The notes: generated by a model not told the origin, from the sequence alone. Shown: positions 48,741-59,337, numbered from the stretch's first letter. The stretch: 64,000 nucleotides of DNA from Candidatus Omnitrophota bacterium (GCA_021735655.1 JAIPGM010000001.1:161728-225727); one strand, 5' to 3'. A program made the numbers and translations.

Positions 48741-50909
48741 ATGCTCATGAAAAATGAAAATTGCGAATTAATTTTTGTAATGACTCCGCCTTGGCAGACA
48801 AAGATGCCGCCTTTAGGCTTGGCCTATTTAGCCAGTTTTTTGAAGTCAAACAATATTAACGTAGATGTCATAGATTTGAATGTGGATCTTTTTAATAATG
48901 CTCAAGAATGCCATAAATATTTTTGGGATATAGAAACAATAAGTAATTTTGGTTCGCTTCGGATTGCCCAAGATTTTATTAAGGCATTCAATAAAGAACT
49001 TGAAAATTTTGTTGATCGAATCTGTAGTCATCCTGCAAAGTTGGTCGGTTTTTCTACTACGGTAGCTAGTATAAATATCGCCACCTACCTTACTCATCGG
49101 ATAAAATCAAAAGATCCTTCGAAAATAATTATTTTAGGCGGGCCAGGATGTTTTTTGGATACTTGCAATATAGATCCTGAAAGGGTGGTAGATATTTTTG
49201 TCATTGGCGACGGAGAGCTGCCTTTATTGGATATAGTTAAAAGATTTAAAGATAAACAGTCTTTGTCTGATTTGTTGGAGGTTCCTGGGACAATAATTTG
49301 TCTAGATAAGAAATATCATGACTTTTCACCGGCGAATCCTGTTAAGCAGATAAACGATATTCCTTTTCCTACTTTTTCGGAGTTCGAGCTGGATGAATAC
49401 CATAAAGAACATGTTTACAAACCAATTCCAATTATTACCAGCAGAGGCTGTATAAATAAATGCAGTTTTTGCGTAGACCATAAGCTCAGTAATCCTTTTA
49501 GATTTCGAAATCCGCACAAAATATTTGAAGAGATAAAATACCATGTAGAAAATAATTGTAAAAAAGAGTTTGAGTATAACGATCTACTATGTAATGGAAA
49601 TTTAAAGCAATTGGAGCAGCTTTGCGACCTGATCATTGAAAGCGGCCTGTCTATAAAATGGACAAGCTATGCGGCCATAAGGAAAGGTATGAGTTTAGAG
49701 TTATTTCAGAAGATGCAGAAGGCGGGATGCAGATTTTTATGTTATGGTATGGAGTCAGCTTCAGATTTAGTTTTAGATAAGATGAATAAAAGATATAATT
49801 CTCATACGGCAGAGGATGTTATTAGAAAAACCCATTCCTCAGGTATCGAGACAGGAATCAACATTATAGTTGGCCACCCCGGTGAGTCGAATAAAGAATT
49901 TAACCAAACTTATAGATTTATCAAAAGAAACAAAGACTACATTGATCAAATCACAAACCTGTCTACTTGTTTTTTAATACCGACTTCGGATTTAGCTGAG
50001 AATATGAGCAATTTCGGTATTTATTTTTATTCTCCTTTGAAAAGGATGCCAAAATTCTTATTTCGAAATAAAGAGCTTGAGCCTAATTATGAAAATTTCT
50101 GCGCCTATCCTCATAATACTCCTGCGATTAGAGCAAAACGAGCCAGAAAAATTATAACTCTTGCTTCAAAGATAGCTATACCGATTACTATTTTGAACTA
50201 TCAAAAGCAGCACGATATGGGTATGGGGGATTTTCTAGTCCAAACTCAAGAAGCGGAAAAAGTTTTTCGTTGTAAGAAGTTAAAGATAGACTTTAGTCAA
50301 AAAGGAAGCGGTAGGTTATATTATGACAATAAGGCCTTAACTAAAGACGTAGGCCTAAATGCTTCCTTTCATGCCAATGGGCGATGGTTTGATTCTTCTT
50401 CGGCAAAGTGTCGGGTAGCCAGATCCAACAGAGGCTTGGAAATAAGAATGAGTTGGCCGGAGATTTCTTTGTTTCAATGCTGGACGATAAAAACAGAAGG
50501 TGATTCTTCTGTCGAATGGCGGGTAAAAACAGAGTTTAAAAGGTCTTTGGAGCTATCTCAATATAAGATCGGCATTATCTTGTCACAGGAATACGATAGT
50601 TGCCAAGTTAATGGTGAAGAACACCGATTCTCCGATAATTTTACCGAGAACTGGGAGGAAGCATTGTTTTTGAAGCTTGATTCGATAAGCATCGGCTCTA
50701 AGGGATTTTTACCGATGATGACCCTGAAGGAAGAATCCAAGGGTGGTGTGTTCGTGCAGGTCCATAATACCCCGCTTCACTTGCATACTCGAATGATTAA
50801 TTTTTGCCGTTTTGGCGAGAACCTTAAAGATGACCACAGCACTGAATCTTTATTGATCAAAAAAGGTGATGTTTGGAAAAATAAGCTAAAAATAAAATTA
50901 AAGGTTTAA
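48741..50909 (+). CDS. B12-binding radical SAM protein with a C-terminal copy of the shared ~120-aa domain.
   Basis: ITSRGCINKCSFCVDH is the CxxxCxxC motif, after an N-terminal Rossmann B12-binding region. The C-terminal 150 aa align with the Wzt-extension repeats. Confidence 0.75.
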   Translation: MLMKNENCELIFVMTPPWQTKMPPLGLAYLASFLKSNNINVDVIDLNVDLFNNAQECHKYFWDIETISNFGSLRIAQDFIKAFNKELENFVDRICSHPAKLVGFSTTVASINIATYLTHRIKSKDPSKIIILGGPGCFLDTCNIDPERVVDIFVIGDGELPLLDIVKRFKDKQSLSDLLEVPGTIICLDKKYHDFSPANPVKQINDIPFPTFSEFELDEYHKEHVYKPIPIITSRGCINKCSFCVDHKLSNPFRFRNPHKIFEEIKYHVENNCKKEFEYNDLLCNGNLKQLEQLCDLIIESGLSIKWTSYAAIRKGMSLELFQKMQKAGCRFLCYGMESASDLVLDKMNKRYNSHTAEDVIRKTHSSGIETGINIIVGHPGESNKEFNQTYRFIKRNKDYIDQITNLSTCFLIPTSDLAENMSNFGIYFYSPLKRMPKFLFRNKELEPNYENFCAYPHNTPAIRAKRARKIITLASKIAIPITILNYQKQHDMGMGDFLVQTQEAEKVFRCKKLKIDFSQKGSGRLYYDNKALTKDVGLNASFHANGRWFDSSSAKCRVARSNRGLEIRMSWPEISLFQCWTIKTEGDSSVEWRVKTEFKRSLELSQYKIGIILSQEYDSCQVNGEEHRFSDNFTENWEEALFLKLDSISIGSKGFLPMMTLKEESKGGVFVQVHNTPLHLHTRMINFCRFGENLKDDHSTESLLIKKGDVWKNKLKIKLKV

Positions 50910-50919
50910 AAATTTACAT

Positions 50920-53900
50920 ATGAATCTAACAGATAAAATTTTATTAGTGGGTCTTGCTCCTTGGGGAGTAGATACGCCACCCCTAGCCTTAGCTTGTTTA
51001 AGTACCTCTTTGAGGAATGCAAATATTAGCACTGAAGTATTTGATATGAATATTGAGCTTTACAATGCCGTTAATGAGCAAAGTAAATATTTGTGGAGTA
51101 TGAATTATTCTCATTGGTGGCGAGAGCCAGAAAGATATTCTGATATTAGAAAGGAATTAGATGTTTACATAGAACCTTTAATAAAGAAAATTTTAAGTTT
51201 TAAGCATAAGATAGTTGGCTTTTCACTTTCTACTAATTGCTCTGACCTTTTGTTGGAGGAGATAGTAAAAAGAATAAAAACTAGCGATCCCGATAAGGTA
51301 ATAATTCTAGGTGGTGTTTCAATTTCAATAAATGAGCAGAGAAATGATTTAATTAGGAAGTTAAGGACGCAGATAGATTACTGTGTGATTGGAGAAGGAG
51401 AAGAGGTACTTGTCGAATTGGTAAAGAAAATAGCTAGCAATAAGCTAGAAGATATAGGTCGATTGCCAGGCATAATTAAGAAGGGTGAGTTTGAAGGAGT
51501 TAAACAGAGGGCAGAGATCAAAGATTTTAATTCGCTGCCATTTCCTACATTTGAAGAATTCAATTTAAAAAAATATAAAGCACCCGTGAGCTTACCTATG
51601 GAATTTTCTCGTGGCTGCGTAGGTAGTTGTCCTTTCTGCGATTTTAAAAGCGTTTCTTCTGCCTTTAAGTCAAAAGCACCTTATTATATTATAAGCCAGA
51701 TAAAATTCTATAAAGAAAAATACAATATTATTCATATGAGCCTATCTGACCCAGCAGTAAATGGAGATATTAGGGTTCTTGAGCAAATATGTGATTTATT
51801 AATCGAAGCTAACCTTTCTGTAAATATAAATTCTCTGGCAATTCCCCGCAAGGAAATGACCTTAGAACTATTAGAGAGAATGAAGAAAGCAGGTTTTTAT
51901 CGTTTGGAGTATGGTCTAGAGAGCGGTTCGAATAAGATTCTCAAAGCAATGAGGAAAATATTTACTGTCGAAATTGCCGAGAAAGTTATCCGAGATACTT
52001 ATCAAGCAGGGATAAAAACATATCTCTATTTAATTGTGGGTTATCCACAGGAGACAGAGGATGATCTCAATCAGACCAAAGATTTTTTGAATAGAAACCG
52101 TCAGTATATTTCCATGATAAAGTCTATCAACCCTCTTTATGTAATGGCCGGTTCAGAGATATTTTGCAATCCCGATAAATATCAAGTCACATTACCGGCT
52201 AAAGATAGTGACAAGAGATGGTTTATTGGTGATAAGAATACATATTCTTTGCGAAAAGCCCGGATATTTGAACTTAAAAAAGTAGTTGCTAGTTTAAATA
52301 TTCCCTTTACCGAAGAGGCGGAATCTTTAGAGTTTACTGGAAACTCTTTAAATAAACAACAAGGAATCGTTGTAGGTGGAGGCAATCCATACGATAAAGA
52401 TGAGTCAACTACAGAAAATAAAATTATGTCTAGAGGATATGCAGAACAAAAAACAGATAAATATAGAGATAGTTTTTTATTAATTAATTTGCCCCCTTGG
52501 GGTCAAGAAAATCCTCATATCGGAGTAGGCTATGTGTGTAGCTATCTTCGTCATAAAGGCTTTAAGCCATCGGTCTTAGACTTGAATAAGAAATTTTATT
52601 TGAGTCAGCCAAATTTTCAAATGCTCTGGCATGTAGAAAATAAAAACTTTTGGTCAAATCAAGATTCTTTTCCTTTGATTTTAAAATTATTTAAGAAGGA
52701 AATAGATAAGGCAATAAATGATATTTTGTCTTCAGGTTGCAGCCTATTAGGTTTCTCGGTAGTTGACCCTAAAGAAAAAATAACTATAGAGTTCATTAGG
52801 AGAATAAAACGTAGGGATAAAAGTAAAAAGATAATTTTAGGTGGTCCGGCAACTTCTACTTATGAGCAGAGAAAGATATTTTTGGATAATGTTGAGGAAG
52901 AGATAGATACTTTTGTGATCGGCGAAGGCGAGCAAACTTTGTTTAAGGTAGTAGACCGAATTTTAAAGAAAAAAGAGCTTAAAGGTATCGAGGGTTGTTG
53001 CAGCCGGGATAATGGTAAGTGGGTTTGTCGAGAAAGCGGTGAGATTGTTTCTTTAGATAAGATTCCTTTCCCGACCTATGAGGAATTTGATTTGAGTCTA
53101 TACGGTAAATCTTTCCTTGTTGAATGGTCAAGAGGCTGTAGGAGTAAATGCGCTTTTTGCAAAAATTATCGGCTTTTTTCTTCTTATCGGTCAAAGTCAG
53201 CTGAATCGGTTATGAAGGAATTGAGATATCATAAGCAAAAGTATAATGTAGATGAATTCACTGTAGTCGATAATATTTTGAATGGTGATCTAAATACCTT
53301 GAATGATATTTGCGACAGGATAATAAAGGAAAATCTTCAAATTAGATGGACTGGGCAAATTGCCCCCCGCAAAGATATGAATTTTGAATATTTCCAAAAA
53401 ATGAAGCAGGCCGGATGTTTTAAACTTCAAATTGGCCTTGAGTCTGGTTCGAACAAGGTGTTAAAGTTAATGCATAAGAGCTTTACGGCAGAGATTTCTG
53501 AAAAAAATATAATTTTTGCTAAGAAAGCAGGCATTGAGACAGAAATTTTTACAATGATTGGTTTTCCCGGGGAGGCTGAGAAAGATTTTCAAGAAACTTA
53601 CGATTTTATAAAAAGAAATGCAAAATATCTGGATACCATAAAATCGATAAACACCTTACATCTAATAGCCGGAACTGAAATCTATGAGCAGAGAGAGCGT
53701 TTTAAAATAAAGCCTTTACCTCAAGAAAACTGGCATTATTTATGGGAAACTTATGAGGGAAATACATACAAGGTACGGGAAGAAAGAGCTAAGCGTATTC
53801 TAGGGTTAGCTTGCGATCTTAAGATTAAAGTTATGGAGACTAATATTATAGAGGGAAAAGAGCAAAAAGTTTTGCTTGAAAATCTCGGCTTATTGGAAAA

Positions 53901-54078
53901 ATCCCTGAATTCTTTGCAAGAGTTACCAGAAAAAGAAGAATTTAAGCTAAAAAGAAGAAATATTAATAAATGGTTAATCCTGATTTTTGTTTCTTTTTAC
54001 ACATTTTTTTATATTATTTATTTTTGGGTATTTATGATTTTTAGAAATAAAGTTCTCTTGGGGGGAAGAAAAAAGTGA
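50920..54078 (+). CDS. Tandem double B12-binding radical SAM protein with a C-terminal membrane anchor.
   Basis: Two complete B12-rSAM units with EFSRGCVGSCPFCDF and EWSRGCRSKCAFCKNY. The C-terminal hydrophobic helix is WLILIFVSFYTFFYIIYFWVFMIF. Confidence 0.75.
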   Translation: MNLTDKILLVGLAPWGVDTPPLALACLSTSLRNANISTEVFDMNIELYNAVNEQSKYLWSMNYSHWWREPERYSDIRKELDVYIEPLIKKILSFKHKIVGFSLSTNCSDLLLEEIVKRIKTSDPDKVIILGGVSISINEQRNDLIRKLRTQIDYCVIGEGEEVLVELVKKIASNKLEDIGRLPGIIKKGEFEGVKQRAEIKDFNSLPFPTFEEFNLKKYKAPVSLPMEFSRGCVGSCPFCDFKSVSSAFKSKAPYYIISQIKFYKEKYNIIHMSLSDPAVNGDIRVLEQICDLLIEANLSVNINSLAIPRKEMTLELLERMKKAGFYRLEYGLESGSNKILKAMRKIFTVEIAEKVIRDTYQAGIKTYLYLIVGYPQETEDDLNQTKDFLNRNRQYISMIKSINPLYVMAGSEIFCNPDKYQVTLPAKDSDKRWFIGDKNTYSLRKARIFELKKVVASLNIPFTEEAESLEFTGNSLNKQQGIVVGGGNPYDKDESTTENKIMSRGYAEQKTDKYRDSFLLINLPPWGQENPHIGVGYVCSYLRHKGFKPSVLDLNKKFYLSQPNFQMLWHVENKNFWSNQDSFPLILKLFKKEIDKAINDILSSGCSLLGFSVVDPKEKITIEFIRRIKRRDKSKKIILGGPATSTYEQRKIFLDNVEEEIDTFVIGEGEQTLFKVVDRILKKKELKGIEGCCSRDNGKWVCRESGEIVSLDKIPFPTYEEFDLSLYGKSFLVEWSRGCRSKCAFCKNYRLFSSYRSKSAESVMKELRYHKQKYNVDEFTVVDNILNGDLNTLNDICDRIIKENLQIRWTGQIAPRKDMNFEYFQKMKQAGCFKLQIGLESGSNKVLKLMHKSFTAEISEKNIIFAKKAGIETEIFTMIGFPGEAEKDFQETYDFIKRNAKYLDTIKSINTLHLIAGTEIYEQRERFKIKPLPQENWHYLWETYEGNTYKVREERAKRILGLACDLKIKVMETNIIEGKEQKVLLENLGLLEKSLNSLQELPEKEEFKLKRRNINKWLILIFVSFYTFFYIIYFWVFMIFRNKVLLGGRKK

Positions 54079-55235
54079 AAATACTAATGGTGCACCCCCA
54101 TGATTTATTTGATCGGTCTGAACCTTGGACGATAAGAATTAAGAGTATAGCCAGAGAATTTGAGAAAAAGGATCACAAGGTTAAATTGTGTTATTTCCCT
54201 TTAACTATAAATGAAAAACATTATCCTAAAAATATGGGATCTATAGAACTGATCCCCTTAGATCGAACACCTTCTCCGAAAGCTTTTATTATAAATATAA
54301 TTAAACTTATAAAATTGTGTAAATGGGCGAATATCGTCCACTTGCAGAAATGTCATCATTACTCTTCAATCCCTACGGTAATTGCTGCCTATATTGCCGC
54401 TAAGCCTCTTCATTATGACTGGGATGATTGGGAGGAGAAAATTTGGTATGAATCCTGCGGTAGAGGTTTACATTCCCGTTTCATCGGTTTTTCATTTAAA
54501 GTATTAGAGAGATGGCTTCCGGTTTTAGCTGATTCAACTTCTTGTGCTAGCAAGTGTTTGAGAAACTTAACTTATAAGTTTGGAGTAAAAAAAGAATACA
54601 TATTTGATACTCCGGTAGGAGCTGATCTAGATAAATTTAAGCCTAGCCTAAATGGTCAATGGGTTAAGAAAAAATTCAATATTAGTTCAGATTTAGTTTT
54701 ATATATTGGTCAGTTACACGGAGCCCAATACGTAGATATATTTATAAAAGCGGCCAATATCCTTTCTTCTGAGCGGCCGGATGTCAAATTTATGATTGTT
54801 GGTGAAGGTTTTTCGGAACATTCATTGAAACAGCTTACTTATGATTTAGGCTTAAAAGATAAAGTTATTTTTACCGGGAGCATACCTTATGGTGATATTC
54901 CCGATTATGTTAATGCTGCATCAGTATGCGTGGCACCCTTTAAAGATACTGAGGTAACTCGTTGCAAGAGTCCTTTAAAAATTGCAGAGTATTTAGCCAG
55001 CGGTAAACCAATAGTGGCAAGTTTAGTAGGTGAAGTAAGAAATATGATCGGCGGCTGTGGAGTTTTAGTCAAGCCGGGGGATCATCATTCTTTAGCTGAA
55101 GGAATTCTGCGCCTAGTTGAAGATAAAGAATTAAGAGGTAAATTATCTAAGCATGCACGTAAGCGGGCTGAGAGAAAGTATAACTGGACCAACACGGCAG
55201 ATTCCTTAATTTGCGCCTACAAAAAGATACTGTAA
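54075..55235 (+). CDS. GT4-family glycosyltransferase.
   Basis: GT-B layout. The C-terminal KSPLKIAEYLASGKPIVAS matches the GT4 E-x7-E region. The GTG start overlaps the upstream stop by 4 nt; an ATG follows 12 nt later. Confidence 0.75.
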   Translation: MKILMVHPHDLFDRSEPWTIRIKSIAREFEKKDHKVKLCYFPLTINEKHYPKNMGSIELIPLDRTPSPKAFIINIIKLIKLCKWANIVHLQKCHHYSSIPTVIAAYIAAKPLHYDWDDWEEKIWYESCGRGLHSRFIGFSFKVLERWLPVLADSTSCASKCLRNLTYKFGVKKEYIFDTPVGADLDKFKPSLNGQWVKKKFNISSDLVLYIGQLHGAQYVDIFIKAANILSSERPDVKFMIVGEGFSEHSLKQLTYDLGLKDKVIFTGSIPYGDIPDYVNAASVCVAPFKDTEVTRCKSPLKIAEYLASGKPIVASLVGEVRNMIGGCGVLVKPGDHHSLAEGILRLVEDKELRGKLSKHARKRAERKYNWTNTADSLICAYKKIL

Positions 55236-56335
55236 TGAAGTTTGTATTTATAACTCGAGAAGGCCTTGAGAATCCGGGAGCCAGAACCCGTTGTTATAGT
55301 TTATCGGCTAAACTAAGGCAAAAAGGACTAAGGGCTGATGTTTTTTCTTTTTCCGATAGGTTGGGTGCTAAATCAGGAAAAGATGAAATTGATTTTACTT
55401 TTTTTGAGAAGTTTAAGCATATTTATAAGGGATTTAAGTTACTCTCAAAAGAAAAAGATAAGCCGATCTTTATCGTAAATCGCTTTAATTATCATACAAT
55501 TCCGGCATGGCTAGTTTCTAAGCTTAAAAAGATACCTTTGGTGTTTGATATGGATGATTGGGAGGCAAGAGAAGATATAGGGTATTATTTTGGACTATTC
55601 CCTAAGTCAAAAGCCGAATACCTTGCTGGTTTATTTGCAAAGAACAGCATGTTTTGTATTGCGGCTAGTAATTATTTAAGAGATTATCTTTTGCAGTTTA
55701 ACAAGAAGGTTTATTATCTGCCCACCGGAGTAGATACTGATAAATTTAAGTCCCTTGGTCGTAAAGACAAGAAAGATTTTATTTTTTCATGGCATGGTTC
55801 GGTGAATAGGATAGAGGTTTTAAAATATATAAAATTTATCATTGATTGCTTTTTGGCTATTCGTAAAAAATATCCTTTTATTAAGCTGGTTATTGCCGGA
55901 GACGGTATTTTCGGAAATGAATTGCGAAAATTAGTCAAAGCTTCGAGTTCTAACAGTATAATATATGCTGGGTGGATTAATTATCGGAGTATTCCCAGTC
56001 ATCTAGATAGTATTGATGTTGGATTGGTACCGCTTTTGGATAAGACCCGGTTTAATTTATCAAAAAGCCCGGTTAAATTATTTGAATATATGGCTATGGC
56101 CAAGCCAACCATCTCTAGTAATATCGGAGAAGCAGCCAGTATTATTGATAATGGCGAGAATGGATTTTTAGCTGGAACCGAGGAAGAATTTTTAGAAAGG
56201 ATGGAAGCTCTGATTAAAGATAAAGATTTGGGTAAAAAGATAGGGGATAATGCTCGTAAAACAGTAGAGAAGCAATACTCTTTAGATGTCGTTAGTGAAT
56301 CAGCCTATGAAATATTGGCTGGTATCAATGCTTAG
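55211..56335 (+). CDS. GT4-family glycosyltransferase.
   Basis: KSPVKLFEYMAMAKPTISS matches the E-x7-E region. It overlaps the upstream gene by 25 nt. Confidence 0.75.
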   Translation: MRLQKDTVMKFVFITREGLENPGARTRCYSLSAKLRQKGLRADVFSFSDRLGAKSGKDEIDFTFFEKFKHIYKGFKLLSKEKDKPIFIVNRFNYHTIPAWLVSKLKKIPLVFDMDDWEAREDIGYYFGLFPKSKAEYLAGLFAKNSMFCIAASNYLRDYLLQFNKKVYYLPTGVDTDKFKSLGRKDKKDFIFSWHGSVNRIEVLKYIKFIIDCFLAIRKKYPFIKLVIAGDGIFGNELRKLVKASSSNSIIYAGWINYRSIPSHLDSIDVGLVPLLDKTRFNLSKSPVKLFEYMAMAKPTISSNIGEAASIIDNGENGFLAGTEEEFLERMEALIKDKDLGKKIGDNARKTVEKQYSLDVVSESAYEILAGINA

Positions 56336-56380
56336 AATTTTCACAGTTGCTATAACTTAAGGAATAAAGGAGAATTTGAT

Positions 56381-57058
56381 TTGGGTTATCTTGTTGAGAC
56401 GCATCAACTAACTAAAATATTTAAGCCACACAAAGGCATTGGTGAGAAGCTTAGAGGCTCAGCAGCTCGAACCGAGGTAAAGGCTGTAGATAGAGTTAGT
56501 TTTTCTTTAGAAGCAGGTTCCACCATGGCTATTATGGGTCCTAATGCTGCCGGAAAAACAACTCTTTTAAAACTAATCGCTTCTTTAATTATTCCAACCA
56601 GTGGTCGGATTTCGGTTAAAGGTACAATTGGTTTGGTTACCGGGGAAGAGAGGAGTTTTTACTGGCGCTTGAGCGGTCAGCAGAATTTAGAGTTTTTTGC
56701 TGCTTTGTACGGTTTGGGAAAATCCGAAGCCAAGAGGCGAATCCAGCAGTTGGTTGAATTGCTGGGCATCGAGGATATGAGTGATGTTCTGGTTCAAGAG
56801 TATTCCTCGGGATACAAACAGAGGCTGGCTATTGCTAGAGGATTATTGCATGATCCGGATATCTTGCTTTTAGATGAACCCACTAAAAATTTGGATTCTT
56901 CTCACGCTGAACATTTAAGAATTTTTATAAGAGAAAACTTAGGTAAAGAAAGCAAAAAGACAGTTATTTTTACTAGTCATAACTTAGAGGAAGCTTCGTT
57001 TTTAGCGAATAAATTAGCAGTAATGGATAAGGGTTGCCTAAGGCAACAGGATAGTTGA
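56381..57058 (+). CDS. ABC transporter ATP-binding protein (second ABC-2 exporter ATPase).
   Basis: Walker A GPNAAGKTTLLKLI, signature YSSGYKQRLAIARGLL and Walker B LLLDEPTKNLD are present. The TTG start comes from the ORF track. Confidence 0.8.
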   Translation: MGYLVETHQLTKIFKPHKGIGEKLRGSAARTEVKAVDRVSFSLEAGSTMAIMGPNAAGKTTLLKLIASLIIPTSGRISVKGTIGLVTGEERSFYWRLSGQQNLEFFAALYGLGKSEAKRRIQQLVELLGIEDMSDVLVQEYSSGYKQRLAIARGLLHDPDILLLDEPTKNLDSSHAEHLRIFIRENLGKESKKTVIFTSHNLEEASFLANKLAVMDKGCLRQQDS

Positions 57059-57059
57059 T

Positions 57060-57863
57060 ATGGGAAAAATTATAGCATTTATTAAGAAAGATTTTCAAAT
57101 TTTTTTAAGTTATAAGCTATTTTTCATGTTGCGTTGGGCGGGTATTGTTATACCGGTTGTTACTTTTTATTTTATATCTAAGTTTATCGACCAGCAGGGG
57201 AATATTGCCTTCAGCGAATATCGAGGAGGGTACTTCCCTTTTGTGGTTATAGGCTTGTCAGTATACGGCTATCTTCTTGTCTTGTTGCGTTCAGCTTCTG
57301 AAGGTATGCGGCAGGAGCAGATGTACGGAACTTTAGAGGTTATTTTTGCTACCCCGGTAAAAAGTAGTATCGTAGCAATTTCGGCAGGTTTGTGGAATAG
57401 TCTTATTGCTTTAGTTGCTATGGTGGTATGTTTGGTAACCGGAATTTTATTGTTTAAGGAGGGCATTGTTGCTTTGGATTGGTTTGCCTTATTTTTAACT
57501 TTAATTATGATTGTCGTTAATTTTTTAAGCATAGGTATATTGGCTGCTGCAGTAATAGTGGTTTGTAAAAGAGGTGATCCGATTGCTTGGTTTGCTAGTA
57601 CATTCTTTGCTTTTTTTGGCGGAGTTTATTATCCAGTGAGTGTTTTGCCTAAAGGGTTTCAGAAAATATCTCAGTTTTTACCGATCACTTATGCTGTCAG
57701 GGCTTTGCGTAAAGTTATACTTGCCGGGGCAACATCTGTCGAGATAACTAACGAGTTAGTTGTGTTGTTTATTTGTGCAGTATGTTTGTTGCCTTTATCT
57801 TTAATTATTTTTAGTTATGCTGTGCGGCGAGCTAAGATGAGCGGTAGCTTATCTTATTATTAG
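57060..57863 (+). CDS. ABC-2 type transporter permease (partner of the 56381 ATPase).
   Basis: 267 aa with six predicted helices. It starts 2 nt after the ATPase stop. Confidence 0.7.
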   Translation: MGKIIAFIKKDFQIFLSYKLFFMLRWAGIVIPVVTFYFISKFIDQQGNIAFSEYRGGYFPFVVIGLSVYGYLLVLLRSASEGMRQEQMYGTLEVIFATPVKSSIVAISAGLWNSLIALVAMVVCLVTGILLFKEGIVALDWFALFLTLIMIVVNFLSIGILAAAVIVVCKRGDPIAWFASTFFAFFGGVYYPVSVLPKGFQKISQFLPITYAVRALRKVILAGATSVEITNELVVLFICAVCLLPLSLIIFSYAVRRAKMSGSLSYY

Positions 57864-57870
57864 GTAATGA

Positions 57871-59217
57871 TTATTCACTTAAATTGTTGGTAATATTTTG
57901 CTGGGCATAAACTTCATTAACATAAATTCCTAGCCCTTCTGGGGAGAATCGCTTTTTTGGAACAATGCGTATACACCCTTTATATTTTTCAATTACATCT
58001 TTTCGAATCATTTTTTTAAATGTTTTTAAACTTTTGTTGTAGTCGTGGCTCGGCCAGAAATTGTATTTTTTATTTAGGCGGGAGTAATTTAAAAAACGAT
58101 CCGGGTTAGATATTATTTTTTCCAGATCGCAGTTAAACCGGTCATTGAAATAATCTATATTTATTCCCTCGGGTAATAGAAGCTGTAGGTAGATAGCACG
58201 TAGAAGGCTCCAGTAAAATGGTTTGTCGTTAGAGAGAAGCGCTTTGGTTTGGCTGAGAGGATTTTTGATGTACTCTTTGATATTTATTGAATTCATGCCG
58301 TCCCAGCCTATGGCTCCGGCGCCAAGGCCCATAAAGGGAACGCAGAAAACAAAGATTAGTTCTGATAGAAACTCTTTTCCTTTTTTGGCAAAATAAGTAT
58401 GAAAATAATTAGGATATCCATTGTTAGATAAATAGTCGTAGGCATGGAGGATTAAATCTAAATTGCCCGCTATCAAGTTCATTCGGTATGGGTTGAATAT
58501 TTTTTTTTCGATTATGTTCGTTGATTTATCAAATAAGGGGCCAGGCACCGGGAGTAAGGTGGCATAAGACATGTGGTCTGGTTCCATGCTAACAGCAATT
58601 TTTAAGTCATCTTTGCATTCGGAAAACGTCTGGCCTGGAAAGTTGCATAGCAAGTCAAGGTTTACGTTTTTAAAACCAACCTTACGTATGCGATCGTAAC
58701 TAGAATAAATATCCTTTGCTCGGTGGTCGCGGTTTAAGCCTGAGAGGATTTTGTTATTAAAAGTTTGCACCCCGATACTTATTCGGTTAAACCCTATAGA
58801 TTTTAAGCCGCGGACTTTTTGGTCAGTTAAAGAATCAGGAGTTGCTTCTATGCTTATTTCTACGATGTCGCTTCTATTTTGTCCGGAGCAGGAAAGTATT
58901 GAAGAAATTATCTTATCCAGTTCTTTTACCGAGAGTAAAGACGGAGTTCCTCCGCCAAAATAAATTGCTTTTAGCTTTGTTTTTCGGTTTTTTTCGGAAC
59001 AAAAGCTTTTTACCGCGAGCTCTTTTAAGAGAGCTTTGATGTAAGGGGTTTTTAGTTCTTTTAAGGCTAGAAAATCATTATTATACCTGCGGCAGAAACA
59101 ACAGAAGTGACATTTGTATTTACAAAAAGGGATGTGGACATATACTAGTGATAAGTCATTGGATTGTCGTAACTGCGGTATGGTAAGAGTTGCTTTGGAT
59201 TTTTGTAGATTGCCCAT
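57871..59217 (-). CDS. HemN/HemW-like radical SAM protein (coproporphyrinogen-III-oxidase family).
   Basis: VYVHIPFCKYKCHFCCFC is the CxxxCxxC motif, and FGGGTPSLL is the HemN-family signature. It is the only minus-strand gene, convergent with the upstream permease across a 7-nt gap. Confidence 0.8.
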   Translation of the reverse strand: MGNLQKSKATLTIPQLRQSNDLSLVYVHIPFCKYKCHFCCFCRRYNNDFLALKELKTPYIKALLKELAVKSFCSEKNRKTKLKAIYFGGGTPSLLSVKELDKIISSILSCSGQNRSDIVEISIEATPDSLTDQKVRGLKSIGFNRISIGVQTFNNKILSGLNRDHRAKDIYSSYDRIRKVGFKNVNLDLLCNFPGQTFSECKDDLKIAVSMEPDHMSYATLLPVPGPLFDKSTNIIEKKIFNPYRMNLIAGNLDLILHAYDYLSNNGYPNYFHTYFAKKGKEFLSELIFVFCVPFMGLGAGAIGWDGMNSINIKEYIKNPLSQTKALLSNDKPFYWSLLRAIYLQLLLPEGINIDYFNDRFNCDLEKIISNPDRFLNYSRLNKKYNFWPSHDYNKSLKTFKKMIRKDVIEKYKGCIRIVPKKRFSPEGLGIYVNEVYAQQNITNNLSE

Positions 59218-59337
59218 GATTGGAAGTTATTATATCTCTTGTAACTAAACCGGGCAATGCTTTTCTTGGTGGTGTTTTACTGATTGGAAGCAAATTCGTG
59301 CGATAATTCATGATTTTAGATAATAAACAGCGTATAT

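Noticed and set aside
42452-52385. Minus-strand ORFs overlapping the rSAM genes (42452..42727, 44053..44306, 45401..45670, 45907..46314, 48846..49097, 49326..49636, 51378..51563, 52182..52385).
   Set aside because: They lie antisense within well-supported plus-strand genes in AT-rich DNA, where spurious ORFs are common. They have no recognisable motifs.
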